DNA of 64,000 nucleotides. Source: Chloropicon primus (lineage: Eukaryota). The notes under the pieces are model-generated. The model had not been told where the DNA came from. It did not search any database and saw only the letters and a program-made list of their open reading frames with translations. The first letter of the stretch is position 1. Each line of letters opens with the position of its first letter. This document shows, piece after piece, positions 10,606 to 21,582 of the stretch. The stretch lies in assembly GCA_023205875.1 (NCBI GenBank), contig CP060764.1:62001-126000 (forward strand). Reading direction: 5' to 3'. Both the position numbers and the translations under genes were made by a program.

Positions 10606-10910
10606 TTCTCAAGTGGAGGAGGCAAGAACAAGGCCAAGACCAAGGCTGGGACGTACTTGTACTCGACTCTCTTGTCCTGTGTTGTCCTGTCAAAGGGACG
10701 AGGGGAGGAGGGCAAGGCCGGGTCTTGGAGAGAAAAGGAGGGAGACACCATTGCTTTGAGTTGCTGGGATTGGCTTCCGGAAGACTCCGTTGCTTGTGGT
10801 CCAACTCACAACAAGGAGGAAGCTCCTCCTAACCTAGCTGGAGCTTTGTCCATCCCCTGCAATTCACTGGATACATACGGTATTGCATTGGGTTCCTACG
10901 TGGGTACAGG

Positions 10911-13900
10911 ATGGAGACGGGGACTGCGAGGTCAATGGAGAGCCTCAATGGAGGTGCGTCGTCCTTGAAGCCGGGCACGTCGTCGGTGCTGGACAAGTTG
11001 AGTCACACGGCGCCGGTGAGGAAGGTGACCAAGCCAGAGGAGTTGTGGAACGCGACCAAACTGAGGAAGGAGACGGTGGAAGGGAACCAGTGGAGGAAGA
11101 AGACGATGACGGAGCTCCAGAGTCCGTCCAAGAAGGCGGCGTCGGACTACGACAAGCTCGTTGCGAGCGCCCAGGCGAAGCAGCAGCAGACAGTGGTGTG
11201 GGAGGAGCGGGACCCCGCGCAGAGTCAGCAGAACCTCGAGGCTCCCTCGACGTCCCTTCCCGACTTGGCTCTGGGGTACACCGCCCCCGCGAGGGCGCAC
11301 AAGGCCAAAGACGACATGAAGCTCTTCGGCCAGCGGAGGCAGAAGAGGATAAAGAGCCTGAACACTTACGTCAACAAGTTCACCCAGCAGCTGACGGACT
11401 TGATCGATCGGAGGCGGCAGAAGAACCTTCACTTTGCGGCGGAGGCCATCTTCTACGCCAACAAGATCGACTCCAAGCTGCAGAAGGAGGGCAAGGGGGC
11501 GAGGGGGGACGACAAGTTCGACAACGTTGTCGTGGGAGACCGCGGCTTGGACAGGGGGGACGGGCTGACCGGCCTGCCGAGCGAGGAGTGGCGGACCGAC
11601 GTCCCGATCAAGAAGAACGTTTCGAACTTGAAGTGGGTCAAGGAGCTCGTGCATTACACGGAGTCCTACCCAGTGTTCGCGGCGGGCGACAGGAGCGGCC
11701 TTCCGTCCTCCCTGGATATCAAGATCCAGGAGTACGACAACAGCCAAAAGACTCACCACATGTTCGAGCAGACGGTCTTCCCGTCCCTGAAGCCAGAGAG
11801 GCGCGAGGACGCCTTCCTCCTCGAGTGCTGGCTGATCGACGTCATGAAGAGACTCGCCGTGGATATGAAGATGGGGGAGGCCGAGGGCCAGGAGGCGGAC
11901 ATCGAGGACATCGCCGACGCGGCGCTTTGGATTTACAGGACCGCCTTTGAGGAGATCGCGAGGCAGGTTCACTGCTTGTGCAAGGTGAAGTCCGACCTCC
12001 TGAAGAGGATCTGGGACCAGTTCTTCTGGCTGCTGGAACTGAGGGCGGGCCTCAAGTACGAGGAGGAGGTAGACACGCTTGCTCACGCGTGCGAATCGTT
12101 CAGGAAGATGATCAACTCGATGGAGCAGGAGAAGAGCAAAATCGAAAAGTCTTACCAGAACAAGCTGGAGGCCTCGATCCAGGAGAGGATGAAGATCGAA
12201 AGGGACGCTTCAAGGATAGCAGAGCGCTACGCTCTCATCGAGCAGAGCAAGAAGGAAATCGACAGGCAGCTCTCGGAGGCCAACAAGCACCACCTTTCGG
12301 AGATCCACAACAGGCTCGCGATCGAGGAGAGGCTGAACGAGGTGTCTCGCCTGCTCAGGAACGAGAAGAGCTTGCACACCGAGACGAACAGGGAAAAGTT
12401 GAACCTCATGAAAGTCGTCAAGGACATGAAGGAGGAGGTCACCGAGAAGAACAAGGGCTTGAACGAGCTCAACTCGGAGAACGCTTCCTTGAAATCTCAA
12501 GTCCAGTCCCTGGAAATGCTCGTGGCCCGGTACGAGAGCCAGCTGGAGCAGGTCAAGACGGACACGATCATGGAGCGGAACCTCAAGGAGGCCGCACAGG
12601 AGGATCTGAAGCACCTCCGGGGCGTTTTGAAGAAGAAGGAAGTCCTCGAGAAGGAGCTCAAAGCCCAGAACAACCAACTTATCAACACAAACAAGAATCT
12701 CGAGGACGACCTCTCGACCACGAGGCAAGAGCTTGCCGACAAGTGTGCTGACCACGAGAAGCTCTTGCACGACTTTGAGCAGCTCGAGGAGAAGTACAAC
12801 CAGAGGACCAAAGACTTGAAGGAGAACCAGAGCACCTTGGATCGCGAGAGGGAGGAGAATGCTTCCACGATGAAGGAGATGAACAACAAGGCAACCGAGA
12901 GGGACAGCACGATCTCGAACTTGAACAACGAGGTCGAGAGGCAGAAGCTGGAGATCAGCGACTTGAACAGGCAGGTTCAGAAACACACCTCGGCGCATAA
13001 CAGCCTAAGGGCCGTTCTCGAGCCAATCGCCGGCGAGCTGGAGGAGAAGCAGGACTACGACCCGTTCAAGAAGGAGAGGGAGGAGCCCATGTGGGAAGAC
13101 GTTGAGCTGAGCGGCAAGGTGTACCAGACCTTGATCAAGGTGACGAACAAGCTGAGCAAGGCAGACGAGGATTTGAGGCACTCGCAGCAGAGGGTTGCGG
13201 TGTATCAGCAGCGGTTCGAGATGGAGGAGGAGCTCCGCAAGAAGCACGAGGAGAAGATTTTCGAGGAGAAATCCAAGAAAGAGAGACTCGTGAGGGAGCT
13301 GGCCAGCGTGAAGAAGGCCCACTCGTCCTCCAACGTGAATTACGAACAGGCCTCGGCCTTGAACTCACGGTTGGAGAAGGAGAATGACGACAAGAGGCAG
13401 GAGATCAAGCAGCTCAAGAACCAGATCAGGGACTTGAACGTCAAGACCTCGAGCTTCAACGATCTCCAGAAGGAGAATGGCTTGCTCAAGGACGGCCTGA
13501 ACAAGAAGAAGGCAAGGATGGACGAGATGAAGACGGAGATCAACTCCCTCAACAAGGAGGTCAAGAGGCTGAAGAAGATGCACCAGGAGACCTCGGAGAT
13601 ACTTGACAAGAAGGAATCCCAAGTGAAGAGCCTGACGATTCAGAGGGACACGCTTGCCCAACAAGTCCAGCAGAGGGACGAGAACATCAAGCAGCTCCTG
13701 ACGAGGCTGGACTCGCTCGAGTCGCAGCTCGCTACCTTCTCCGAGGGCAAAGAGAAGGAAGTCGGCGCGCTGATCACGGAGAGAAAGGATCTGATCAAAA
13801 GGCTCAAGTTCCAGAGGAAGCAGACCAGGAAGCTCCAGGAGGAGTTGGCAAAGATGGCAACCTCCAGCGCGGTCTCCAAGTACTTGCTGCAAGGTCTCAA

Positions 13901-15155
13901 CGTGGATCACGAGTTGCTGAAAGAGTCGTCCATCATGCAGAAGACCCAAGAGCTCTTGGCCGAATCGATGGAGACGGAGGATAACCTGTGCAAGTACGAG
14001 GAAGAGGTCGCAGAGGAGCCTCAGCCGGAATCAGAAAACGCGGAACTGGAAGCGTTCGACGTGCCAATCCCAGCGGTGAGGGATTACAGGGAGCCTCTCA
14101 CTATGATGAGGCTCAAGGTGTACCTTCTGGGCGCCCAGAACAGGGCGATGCGGAAGCAGTACGAGGCCGAGGCGAAGGCGCATAAGGACTGCGTGGAGAG
14201 CTTCAGAAAATCCATGGCCGACCTTCAGGAGATGTACGAGACGCTGATGGAGATGATGACCTCCATGAACAGGGAGATCCTCAGCGGGCAGGTGGAGTTC
14301 AGTCAGGGAATCAACAAGGAGCTTCACAGTTTGAGGCAGATGATTGTGGAGCCGCTTTGCAAGTGGGGAATCAGCTGCGGCACGAGGCTGCACGGCTGGG
14401 AGTTCAGGTTCAACACCAGGCAGGATGCCGGCCTTCAGACCAACGACGCTCTCCTCGAGCCGTGGTTGCAGTACGTCTCCAAGCTGTCTGGCGAGGTGCC
14501 AAGCAACTCGGCGTTCTTGGAGAAGAGGAAGATTTCGAAGACGATCTGCGCCGTGTACAGCAAGAGGCTTGACACGTCCATGACCTCCTCTGTCGTCTTG
14601 GGCTGCTATGGTGACATGAGGGCCGACACGGTCTTCGATGCCATCATGGTCGCTTTCAAGCAGCTCTACGGTAACTTTGACAGCAGCAAGAGCGAGAAGC
14701 ACGTCAAGGAGTTCATTCGCATGCTCCGCCACATGAACCACGACGACCTGAAGATCAGGACCTTCAGCAGGTTCTGCGGCATCGCTCAGCCTGCCCTTGG
14801 GGCGAAGGAGTTCCACTTCATGATGGACACGCTCGACTGCATCAGGAGGCTGATGGGCGTGAACTGGAGGACGATTGTCCAGCAGTGGGAAGTCGGAAAG
14901 GCAGGATTGCCAGTTCCTTGCATGATGGATGCTCTTTGCAACATCTACAACACGAACAACCCTGCTCAGCTCCCCGTTGTGATCAACCATCTGAAGTATG
15001 CGATTACGGACGGCAAGCTCGGACCTTGCGTCGATCTCGACACGTTCGTGGACACGATTATCAACGAGTTCGAGGACGGCTCTTGCCCAATATCTCCGGT
15101 CTTGGCTCCAAGAAGGCTCGTGGACACGTCCACGGTGAACAGACTCGAGTTCTAA
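10911..15155 (+). CDS. Large coiled-coil protein with an axonemal dynein light-chain-like domain (AXDND1-like)
   Basis: 1414-aa ORF. VFPSLKPERREDAFLL and FEEIARQVHCLCKVKSDLLKRIWD resemble the p28/AXDND1 domain; a long E/K/L/Q coiled coil follows. TGTAA at 15162. Confidence 0.7.
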   Translation: METGTARSMESLNGGASSLKPGTSSVLDKLSHTAPVRKVTKPEELWNATKLRKETVEGNQWRKKTMTELQSPSKKAASDYDKLVASAQAKQQQTVVWEERDPAQSQQNLEAPSTSLPDLALGYTAPARAHKAKDDMKLFGQRRQKRIKSLNTYVNKFTQQLTDLIDRRRQKNLHFAAEAIFYANKIDSKLQKEGKGARGDDKFDNVVVGDRGLDRGDGLTGLPSEEWRTDVPIKKNVSNLKWVKELVHYTESYPVFAAGDRSGLPSSLDIKIQEYDNSQKTHHMFEQTVFPSLKPERREDAFLLECWLIDVMKRLAVDMKMGEAEGQEADIEDIADAALWIYRTAFEEIARQVHCLCKVKSDLLKRIWDQFFWLLELRAGLKYEEEVDTLAHACESFRKMINSMEQEKSKIEKSYQNKLEASIQERMKIERDASRIAERYALIEQSKKEIDRQLSEANKHHLSEIHNRLAIEERLNEVSRLLRNEKSLHTETNREKLNLMKVVKDMKEEVTEKNKGLNELNSENASLKSQVQSLEMLVARYESQLEQVKTDTIMERNLKEAAQEDLKHLRGVLKKKEVLEKELKAQNNQLINTNKNLEDDLSTTRQELADKCADHEKLLHDFEQLEEKYNQRTKDLKENQSTLDREREENASTMKEMNNKATERDSTISNLNNEVERQKLEISDLNRQVQKHTSAHNSLRAVLEPIAGELEEKQDYDPFKKEREEPMWEDVELSGKVYQTLIKVTNKLSKADEDLRHSQQRVAVYQQRFEMEEELRKKHEEKIFEEKSKKERLVRELASVKKAHSSSNVNYEQASALNSRLEKENDDKRQEIKQLKNQIRDLNVKTSSFNDLQKENGLLKDGLNKKKARMDEMKTEINSLNKEVKRLKKMHQETSEILDKKESQVKSLTIQRDTLAQQVQQRDENIKQLLTRLDSLESQLATFSEGKEKEVGALITERKDLIKRLKFQRKQTRKLQEELAKMATSSAVSKYLLQGLNVDHELLKESSIMQKTQELLAESMETEDNLCKYEEEVAEEPQPESENAELEAFDVPIPAVRDYREPLTMMRLKVYLLGAQNRAMRKQYEAEAKAHKDCVESFRKSMADLQEMYETLMEMMTSMNREILSGQVEFSQGINKELHSLRQMIVEPLCKWGISCGTRLHGWEFRFNTRQDAGLQTNDALLEPWLQYVSKLSGEVPSNSAFLEKRKISKTICAVYSKRLDTSMTSSVVLGCYGDMRADTVFDAIMVAFKQLYGNFDSSKSEKHVKEFIRMLRHMNHDDLKIRTFSRFCGIAQPALGAKEFHFMMDTLDCIRRLMGVNWRTIVQQWEVGKAGLPVPCMMDALCNIYNTNNPAQLPVVINHLKYAITDGKLGPCVDLDTFVDTIINEFEDGSCPISPVLAPRRLVDTSTVNRLEF

Positions 15156-15327
15156 AGACTATGTAATTTAGGCACACACACACACACAATCGCCGAGGGG
15201 TTGGACGCCCGCGCGCGCAAACCTGGCACTGCTTGCTATCGTGCTCATATCTTGTTACAAATCATGTGCTTAACTCTTGAATGCCTCTTCCCCCGAACCG
15301 CTAGCAGTAGCTTCTGAAGTTTCTCCT

Positions 15328-15882
15328 CTAGTCGTCCTCTTGGAGACTCTTGATGACGAAACCGCCGGCGAAGAGGACGCCGAAGACGGTGAAGAGAGCC
15401 AGGGTGCTCCCGTAGTGAATGACGGAGAGAGCCACGTTGTCGTCTGGGATCAAGGTCAGGGCCCCGAGCGCTGCCACGAAGGGGAGGATGGAGTACGACG
15501 TGATCGTGGCGCCGTCCTTGGCGAAGGCGTTCTCGATGAGGGCCAGGACCCCGAGCTTCTCCGCGGTGGAAAGAAGTTTCAGGTTCTCCACCTTGGAAAG
15601 GGAGAGCCCAGCCTTCTCCGCTGCGCTCAGCAAGCCGGACTTCTCGACGGAGCTCAAGACTTTCCTGTCAGCGAGCCTTTCCACGAGGTTATACGACTTC
15701 TTTTCCTTGTCCTCCAAGAAGATCCCAACGCTCCCGAGGCCCTTCTGCCAGTCCTTGTCCTGCGTGACCACCTTCCTTCCCACCTGGGCCACCACGTTCC
15801 TCGACGGAGCGGCAGGGGCCCTCCTGACTCCCACCCTCGCGGCTCCCACGCCGCGCTCGACACCAACCGACGCCTTGTTCAT
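15328..15882 (-). CDS. DUF1118 (RIQ-like) thylakoid membrane protein
   Basis: Transit peptide, repeated KVLSSVEKSGLLSAAEKAGLSLSKVE helices, two C-terminal TM segments; minus-strand TGTAA at 15255. Confidence 0.85.
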   Translation of the reverse strand: MNKASVGVERGVGAARVGVRRAPAAPSRNVVAQVGRKVVTQDKDWQKGLGSVGIFLEDKEKKSYNLVERLADRKVLSSVEKSGLLSAAEKAGLSLSKVENLKLLSTAEKLGVLALIENAFAKDGATITSYSILPFVAALGALTLIPDDNVALSVIHYGSTLALFTVFGVLFAGGFVIKSLQEDD

Positions 15883-16700
15883 CCTCCCTGAGTCTACCTG
15901 TCGTGGTCGTCCCCATCCATCGAAAACGAAAACAAAAGTCAGTCCTGGACTCGATTTCCTCGAGTGAGGGGTCGTTCGAGACGGAAGAGGGCCAGAACCT
16001 CAGTCCATGGAACCGCCGCCCTCCTCGGTCGACGCCCTCGGCGTCCACGCCGACTCAAACTCCTTACCTTCGCTTCCCAATCCCACCCAAAAACCACGAG
16101 GAAGAGACTTTGTTATTGATGCACAAAAAGTCAGGACCGAATCCACACCATTTCTTCCAAGCGAGGGGTCATACGAAAGAGGAGAGCGAGACGCTTGGAT
16201 TGGTAATGACACAACACCTTTCTTCGCTCTCCCTCCGCGTCCTTTTCCCCCATGAAACTCACCCTTTGCTCGCCAGGACTCGAAGAGATCTGATCCTTTT
16301 TCCGCCAATGAGAGCCACTCGTTTTTCAGGGGTCGTTTCACGAGTGTACCAATCTTACCTCACCGTACACCCAAGATGAGACCTTGGTTTTCGAGGCCTT
16401 TGGACAATCCCAGACAAGGTTCACACAGGGCGACGGGAGGAAGGGGAAAGGTCTCGTCTTGCGCGAGTGTTGCGTCGGCAGTGGGGAAGGGGAGTGCTTT
16501 AGGACGAAGATAGAGATTGTGAGAATTCGATTGAGCCGTCATTTGCTCGTTTTGGTGCGCGGAGTGTCGAGAGAAGCGTCCTTGGGGACGAGGGGATTGC
16601 TGTGGGCACAAGATTTTTCGAGGGCATCGGTCGCTTTGTTCGCTTCCGTGAGGCCGAGTGTGAGGGCGAGGGGTGCTGGGGGTGGCATCGGACGAAAGTG

Positions 16701-16722
16701 CGTCTCGAGATCTTTCGATTGA
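16701..16722 (+). promoter_or_regulatory. Candidate promoter motif CGTCTCGAGATCTTTCGATTGA
   Basis: About 145 bp upstream of the ATG at 16866; 18 nt are identical to 37729-37746. Confidence 0.5.
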
Positions 16723-16865
16723 ACCCTCCCTCGAAGGTTTTTGCGGTCGGAGAGGTCGGTGGCAAAGTGGATGAGCAAGAGGAGGATGAGAGAAGCTTAC
16801 GAGTCATCCTAATGGCCAATTGAAGGGGAAGAGGAAGGGGAAGAGCAGGAAGAGTTTTCATCGCA

Positions 16866-18041
16866 ATGGAAGGTGCGGAGAGCAAGGTGGAGGCTGCGAG
16901 GTCTGAGGTGGAGAAGTCCTTGCTCCTTGCGTCTCTGCAGGACTACAACGAGAAGCTTGTTATGGAGGTGACGAAACTGAGGGAGGAGAACGAGACACTC
17001 CTCCTCGCGTTGGACGAGAAGGACGGGCTCCTGGTGGAGAGGGACGCGCACTTTGCGGGCGCCAAGGGGGCGATCGACCGGTCGATCCAGCTGCTGAAGG
17101 CGAACGTGGTGACGAGCCTGAGGGAGAGGGACGAGGCGACGTCCCGCGTCAAGGCGTCGGAGGCCCTTCGCATCGCTTCCGAGGAGAGGGTGAGGAGGTT
17201 GGAGTCCTCCCTGGCCGAGTCCAAGGCCGAGGTGGAGCGCCAGAAGGAGCTCGTCTCCCGGTCGCTCAGGGCCCTCGCCAAGCACAAGGTCGCCTCCACC
17301 CTCGCCCTGCAGAAGCAGAGCAGCAAGACGGCGTCGCCTCTGAGCATCGCGAGCGGCTCCCCCCAGGCCACGCCGACCGGCGAGGACGAGAGAGACCTCG
17401 TGAAGCACATGGAAGTGGAGCACTTGCTCGACACGGTTGGGTCAACGCTGCAACAAAAAATTCTGTCCGACAAGTGCCAAGTTCTCGAGAGCCAAGTCTG
17501 CAGCGTGAACACGATACTGAAGGACGAGAGGGACTACCGCTTGCTCCTGGAGCAGAGGCAGGGCGCCTCCCAGAGGACAATCTCTCAGCTGATCTCTCTG
17601 CTGTTCGTCGACAAGTCCGAGTCCCAAAGAAAGAAGCAACTGCTGAGGTCCCTCGTGGCTGCCGCCGGTGCTGCGACGAAGGGAAAGAAGGCGACTCCCT
17701 CTCTGCCATCCCCGTTGAGGGTGGTTCGCAAGGGGAGGCAAAAAGGCAGCAGTGGGGACTCGTCGGAAGGTCTGAGCATGCAAGCCCTAGACAACCTGCT
17801 GGAGACGAACTCCGAGGCCGAGGCCATGAGGCGCGCCCACTTCAGGCTGATCCTGAACTTGTTAGAGGACGAGCTCCACCTCCTGGACATGCACTACGAC
17901 CGCTTGCTCCAGGAGAAGGAGCGGAAGAAGGACGAGGACACCTCCCGGTACGTGCAGTCGCTCATCGATCGTATTCTCGAGGAGATCAAGGAGAAGGGGG
18001 CTCAGGTCCGATTGTTCAGCGCCCTCCTCAAAAAGTCCTGA
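16866..18041 (+). CDS. Coiled-coil protein with a C-terminal CEP57-like microtubule-binding domain
   Basis: 391-aa ORF. The C-terminus LILNLLEDELHLLDMHYDRLL...ILEEIKEKGAQVRLF resembles the Cep57 MT-binding pattern. TGTAA at 18080. The gene is secure; the family call is tentative. Confidence 0.55.
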   Translation: MEGAESKVEAARSEVEKSLLLASLQDYNEKLVMEVTKLREENETLLLALDEKDGLLVERDAHFAGAKGAIDRSIQLLKANVVTSLRERDEATSRVKASEALRIASEERVRRLESSLAESKAEVERQKELVSRSLRALAKHKVASTLALQKQSSKTASPLSIASGSPQATPTGEDERDLVKHMEVEHLLDTVGSTLQQKILSDKCQVLESQVCSVNTILKDERDYRLLLEQRQGASQRTISQLISLLFVDKSESQRKKQLLRSLVAAAGAATKGKKATPSLPSPLRVVRKGRQKGSSGDSSEGLSMQALDNLLETNSEAEAMRRAHFRLILNLLEDELHLLDMHYDRLLQEKERKKDEDTSRYVQSLIDRILEEIKEKGAQVRLFSALLKKS

Positions 18042-18154
18042 ACCGGAGTATTATGCTAGAGAGTACGAGTACAAATAATTGTAAATTATAACCGCGCCGC
18101 AACGCAACGAACGCTTTTGCCCCTCCCTCTTCCCTCGGGGCAGAGCTAAATGGT

Positions 18155-19566
18155 TCACTTGAGCCTCGTCCTGTGATTGAGGCGGCTCATGGGGTCCGCA
18201 AACCGAGAGCCGGAGCTGCTCGACTCGTTCACAATGCTCGTGCGTAGCTTGAGCTCGTTCAGGTTACCACCCTTTGCGTTGGCATTGGATTCCTTCGAGT
18301 CCCTCCTTTCCCTGCTTTTCGCAAGACCTTTCCTGGCCTCCGCCAGTTCGCTTGCCAAGGACCTCACGTGGGGCGCAGAAGCTTGCAGCGACATCTTCAC
18401 CGTGTGGATCCTCTGGAATCGCTCAAAAGTCTCTTCGTTGAGGGAGGACCTCATCATGTGGGGCGACATGAGAGAATTGCATCCCACGGGACAACTTATC
18501 GGCACGCCGATCGCACCGCTGAGGGAGCTTTCCACCAAAGACAGGGAGCACTCCTTGCAAATTTTGTGCTTGCACTTGAGGGTAACCGACCCTCCCTTGT
18601 TCTGAAAGCCCAAACAGAGCCTGCAATAGAATCCCGTCGCCTGCTCTTTGTCAGCGCTCGCGTTTCTCTTGAGCTGTCTCTCCACTTCGTCCAAAGCCAG
18701 ATGCATGTCTCTGTAAAGCTCGGGGTCCTTCACCGGCTCCACGCCGGCTTGACTCAGCAGCCTGAACAGTGACCTGGCGCCCTCACCCCTCGCGCCTTCG
18801 CCTTCCCTGCTCGAGAAGAGCAGCTCTCGCACGATCTGTGTGCACAACCTCTTGTAGTCCAGCTTCCTTTTCATGGGAGACTCGACCGACATAGCATCCA
18901 AGTCTATGGAAGACTCCTTGTAAAGGTAAGCCTTGAGCCCGCTGTGCGGAGGGGCAGGCCAATGCTCCCGTCGCAGGCGAGTGTCCTTCTCCAAACGGAG
19001 CAAGCCAGCAGCGCGGCGGGCCTTTTTTCATTCAGGTTTCAAGCCACCAGGAGAGCAAAGAGCAAAGGGCATAGCAGGTGTCAGGTCAAGTGAAGTGTGG
19101 AACGAGCGACGAAAAAGTGTTGGACTGGGCGGGCATAAAGAAAGGGGAGAGCTCCATCGGTGCGTCCGACGACGAGGTGAAGCTGCAATGGATCGGGGTG
19201 GCGTACCTGGACGAGCTTCCTGCACTTCTTTCGTAGCTCCTGCACTTCTTTCTTTTTTCTTGGTATGCGCCTCGCTTCAGTGAAGTACGCGTAGCCCACG
19301 AAGGCGAGAAAGAGGACCCAGTGTGCAAGGCCGAACCTTTGCCTCGCCCATGACTCGTACAAGATCCCCAGAGCTCCCAGGAACCCCAAGCAAGCCAGCA
19401 GGGCTCTAACTAATGGACTCCTCGAGACTATTTCGCTCGATAAGGCCAGTATCTTGTTCCCGAGACTTTCGAGGGACGACGTGGACGTTTGCTTACCGGA
19501 GAAGCCGCTCCCTGAGGTAGAGGCGTCCTCTCCGTCCATCCCAATTGCGTCGTAACCCCTTGTCAT
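18155..19566 (-). CDS. Two-TM protein with a RING-type zinc finger (putative membrane E3 ligase); 2 exons
   Basis: Exons 19566-19207 and 19021-18155; phase-0 GT..AG intron 19022-19206 joins the two ORFs in frame. Cys pattern CRLC...CKHKICKEC...CPVGC. Confidence 0.65.
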
Positions 19567-20192
19567 ATCTGCACCCCTCTCCCTCCCTTCCCTTCCCTCC
19601 TCATGGCCGCCCCTTCTTCCTCCTCCACTTGTCGCTCTTCAGCCCTTCACCCCTTCGCCTTGCGGGAGCATTGCCCTAGTTTTTTGGGTGTACCGCTCCG
19701 AGTGGGACGCGGGGGCGGACTTGAACATGGGGAGGGGGATGGTGCCGCCAGGGGCTCTTGCTGGAGGGGAAGCGTGCGGGGAGGATCGCCACCACCTCGC
19801 ACAGGCGCCTTCCTCAACCAATTGGGGTCCTCAAAAACTTGTCCTGGGGATGATTGCCCCTGTTTTGTCCATGAAGAAGGGAGTTCCTTTGTTCTTTTAG
19901 GGGGACAGGAAGGGAAACGGGTGTTGGGCGCACATCCGCGAGACCGAACCTTTGTACCTCTCCCTCCCTTCCCCCTTGGCGCTCAAAGTCTCGGTCAGTC
20001 TCCCTCTCCCTCCTCTTACACCGGTGTTGGCGGGGGCTCCTCGCCTCAGCAGAGGAAGAGGGGCAAGGAAGAGGCGCTGGTGGAAAGAATATAGAATTAC
20101 ATGATGGCAAGGCGCCCGATCCACGTCGCACACGCGTTGGCAGCGCAGCTCTCTCGCGATACGGACGGACGGACTCTCGCGCGGGGGTCATT

Positions 20193-21078
20193 TTACTTTG
20201 GTTGGTCGACGTTTTCCGTTTCCCTTGCTCTGCTCAGTGCCCGTCGGAGGACAATCTCTTCGGCTTCCTGGACCTGCCTGAGCGCCCCTGCGCCAGCCTT
20301 CTTCGCAACGCTGTCCCCGTCCTCCACGATCTGCTCCTTCAAGGCCTCGGACGAAGTGAAGGGGTAGTTCTTCGCGACCGCTCGAGGGTCGATATCAACG
20401 AGGACCTTTGTCTTTATCGGTATCATGCGTTGGCTCAGCATGTCCACCGGAACTTTGGCCATCTGCGATTGATTGCAGCAACACAAGCACGGAGGAGGAC
20501 AAGCAGACAAGAAGACAAGCAGTCAGTCCTCAGCTCAGCTCAACGAGAGAGAGAGAGAACAGCAGCAGCAGCAGCAGCAGCATTGGAGAGGCGGCCAGAA
20601 GGAAGGCGAAGGGAAAGAATCCATCGAGCACGAGCAAGAGGCGAGGATGATGATGGCGTTTGTCTTACCTTTGGGTTGACCTCAAAGTACTTTCTTATGA
20701 GAGAGTCTCCCTCGTGCTTGAGGATTCGCCTCTCCCTCACGCCGCTCTTGCTCTTGTTCGCGAAGTTGTAGTTCGGCAAGGGACACCTTCATATCATCAC
20801 CATCGAGAAAAAAGCATCCACGACAAGATCAAACCCAAGTCATGAAGAACGAACGAATGATTGCATGCAATGCATGCATGAACGTGAGTTAGTTTGTTGT
20901 TTGTTTTGTTTTGTTTTGTTTTGTTTTGTTTTGTTTTGTTTTGTTTTGTTTTGTTGACTTACAGGTCCTCCATTGCGGTCCAGTCTTCGTCGAGTGGTAG
21001 GTTGGTGACCTGTGCCATCTTCCTTGCCCTCCTCATGGGGCTCTGCGCCCGGCGGAGTAGCGTCCTCACTCCAGTCAT
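20193..21078 (-). CDS. Small 3-exon protein, mitochondrial ribosomal mS23-like
   Basis: Exons 21078-20963, 20786-20669 and 20462-20193, with GTAAGT and GTAAGA donors and matching phases (2, 0). The spliced sequence WTAMEDLCPLP...ILKHEGDSLIRKYFEVNP resembles the mS23 N-terminal pattern. The start could also be 21036 or 21018. Confidence 0.55.
20897..20953. repeat. (GTTTT)n microsatellite inside an intron
   Basis: Direct reading; lies within predicted intron 20787-20962. Confidence 0.9.
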
Positions 21079-21582
21079 CGCTCCTCCTCTCTCTCTCTCT
21101 CTCCGCCTTTGCTTTCCTCGCCCGCGCCGCTCCTCGGAAAACACACATTACGGAATGTCACACACCGCAAATAAATACGAACGTCATGAAGGGAATTTTA
21201 TAACACTTCATCACTACAGGGTCGAGGGACGGGTCGTTAGATAATCTGAGATAAGGGAGAATATTTTTTTTTGTTTCATTGGGAGTGTATCATGTACACG
21301 GTTTACACGACTGGCGAAATTTGAACTTCTCGTGTTCTCCAATTGACAGAGGACGAGGGGATGAAGCGGAGGACGCGAGGAAAAGGTGAGTTCGGGGCCG
21401 AGTGGAGGGCGAGGGAGGGAGATTGGAGGAATGACTTTGGAACATATCGATGATTTATCTCTTCCTCTTTCGAATGAGCTCTCGCTAGAAGGGATTGGCG
21501 TCGTATTGAGGATTTTAGAGTCACTGAAACGCCGCTCGTTCGTTCGATTTTTTCTGCTGCAGCAGGGAGAGAGGAGGAGGAG

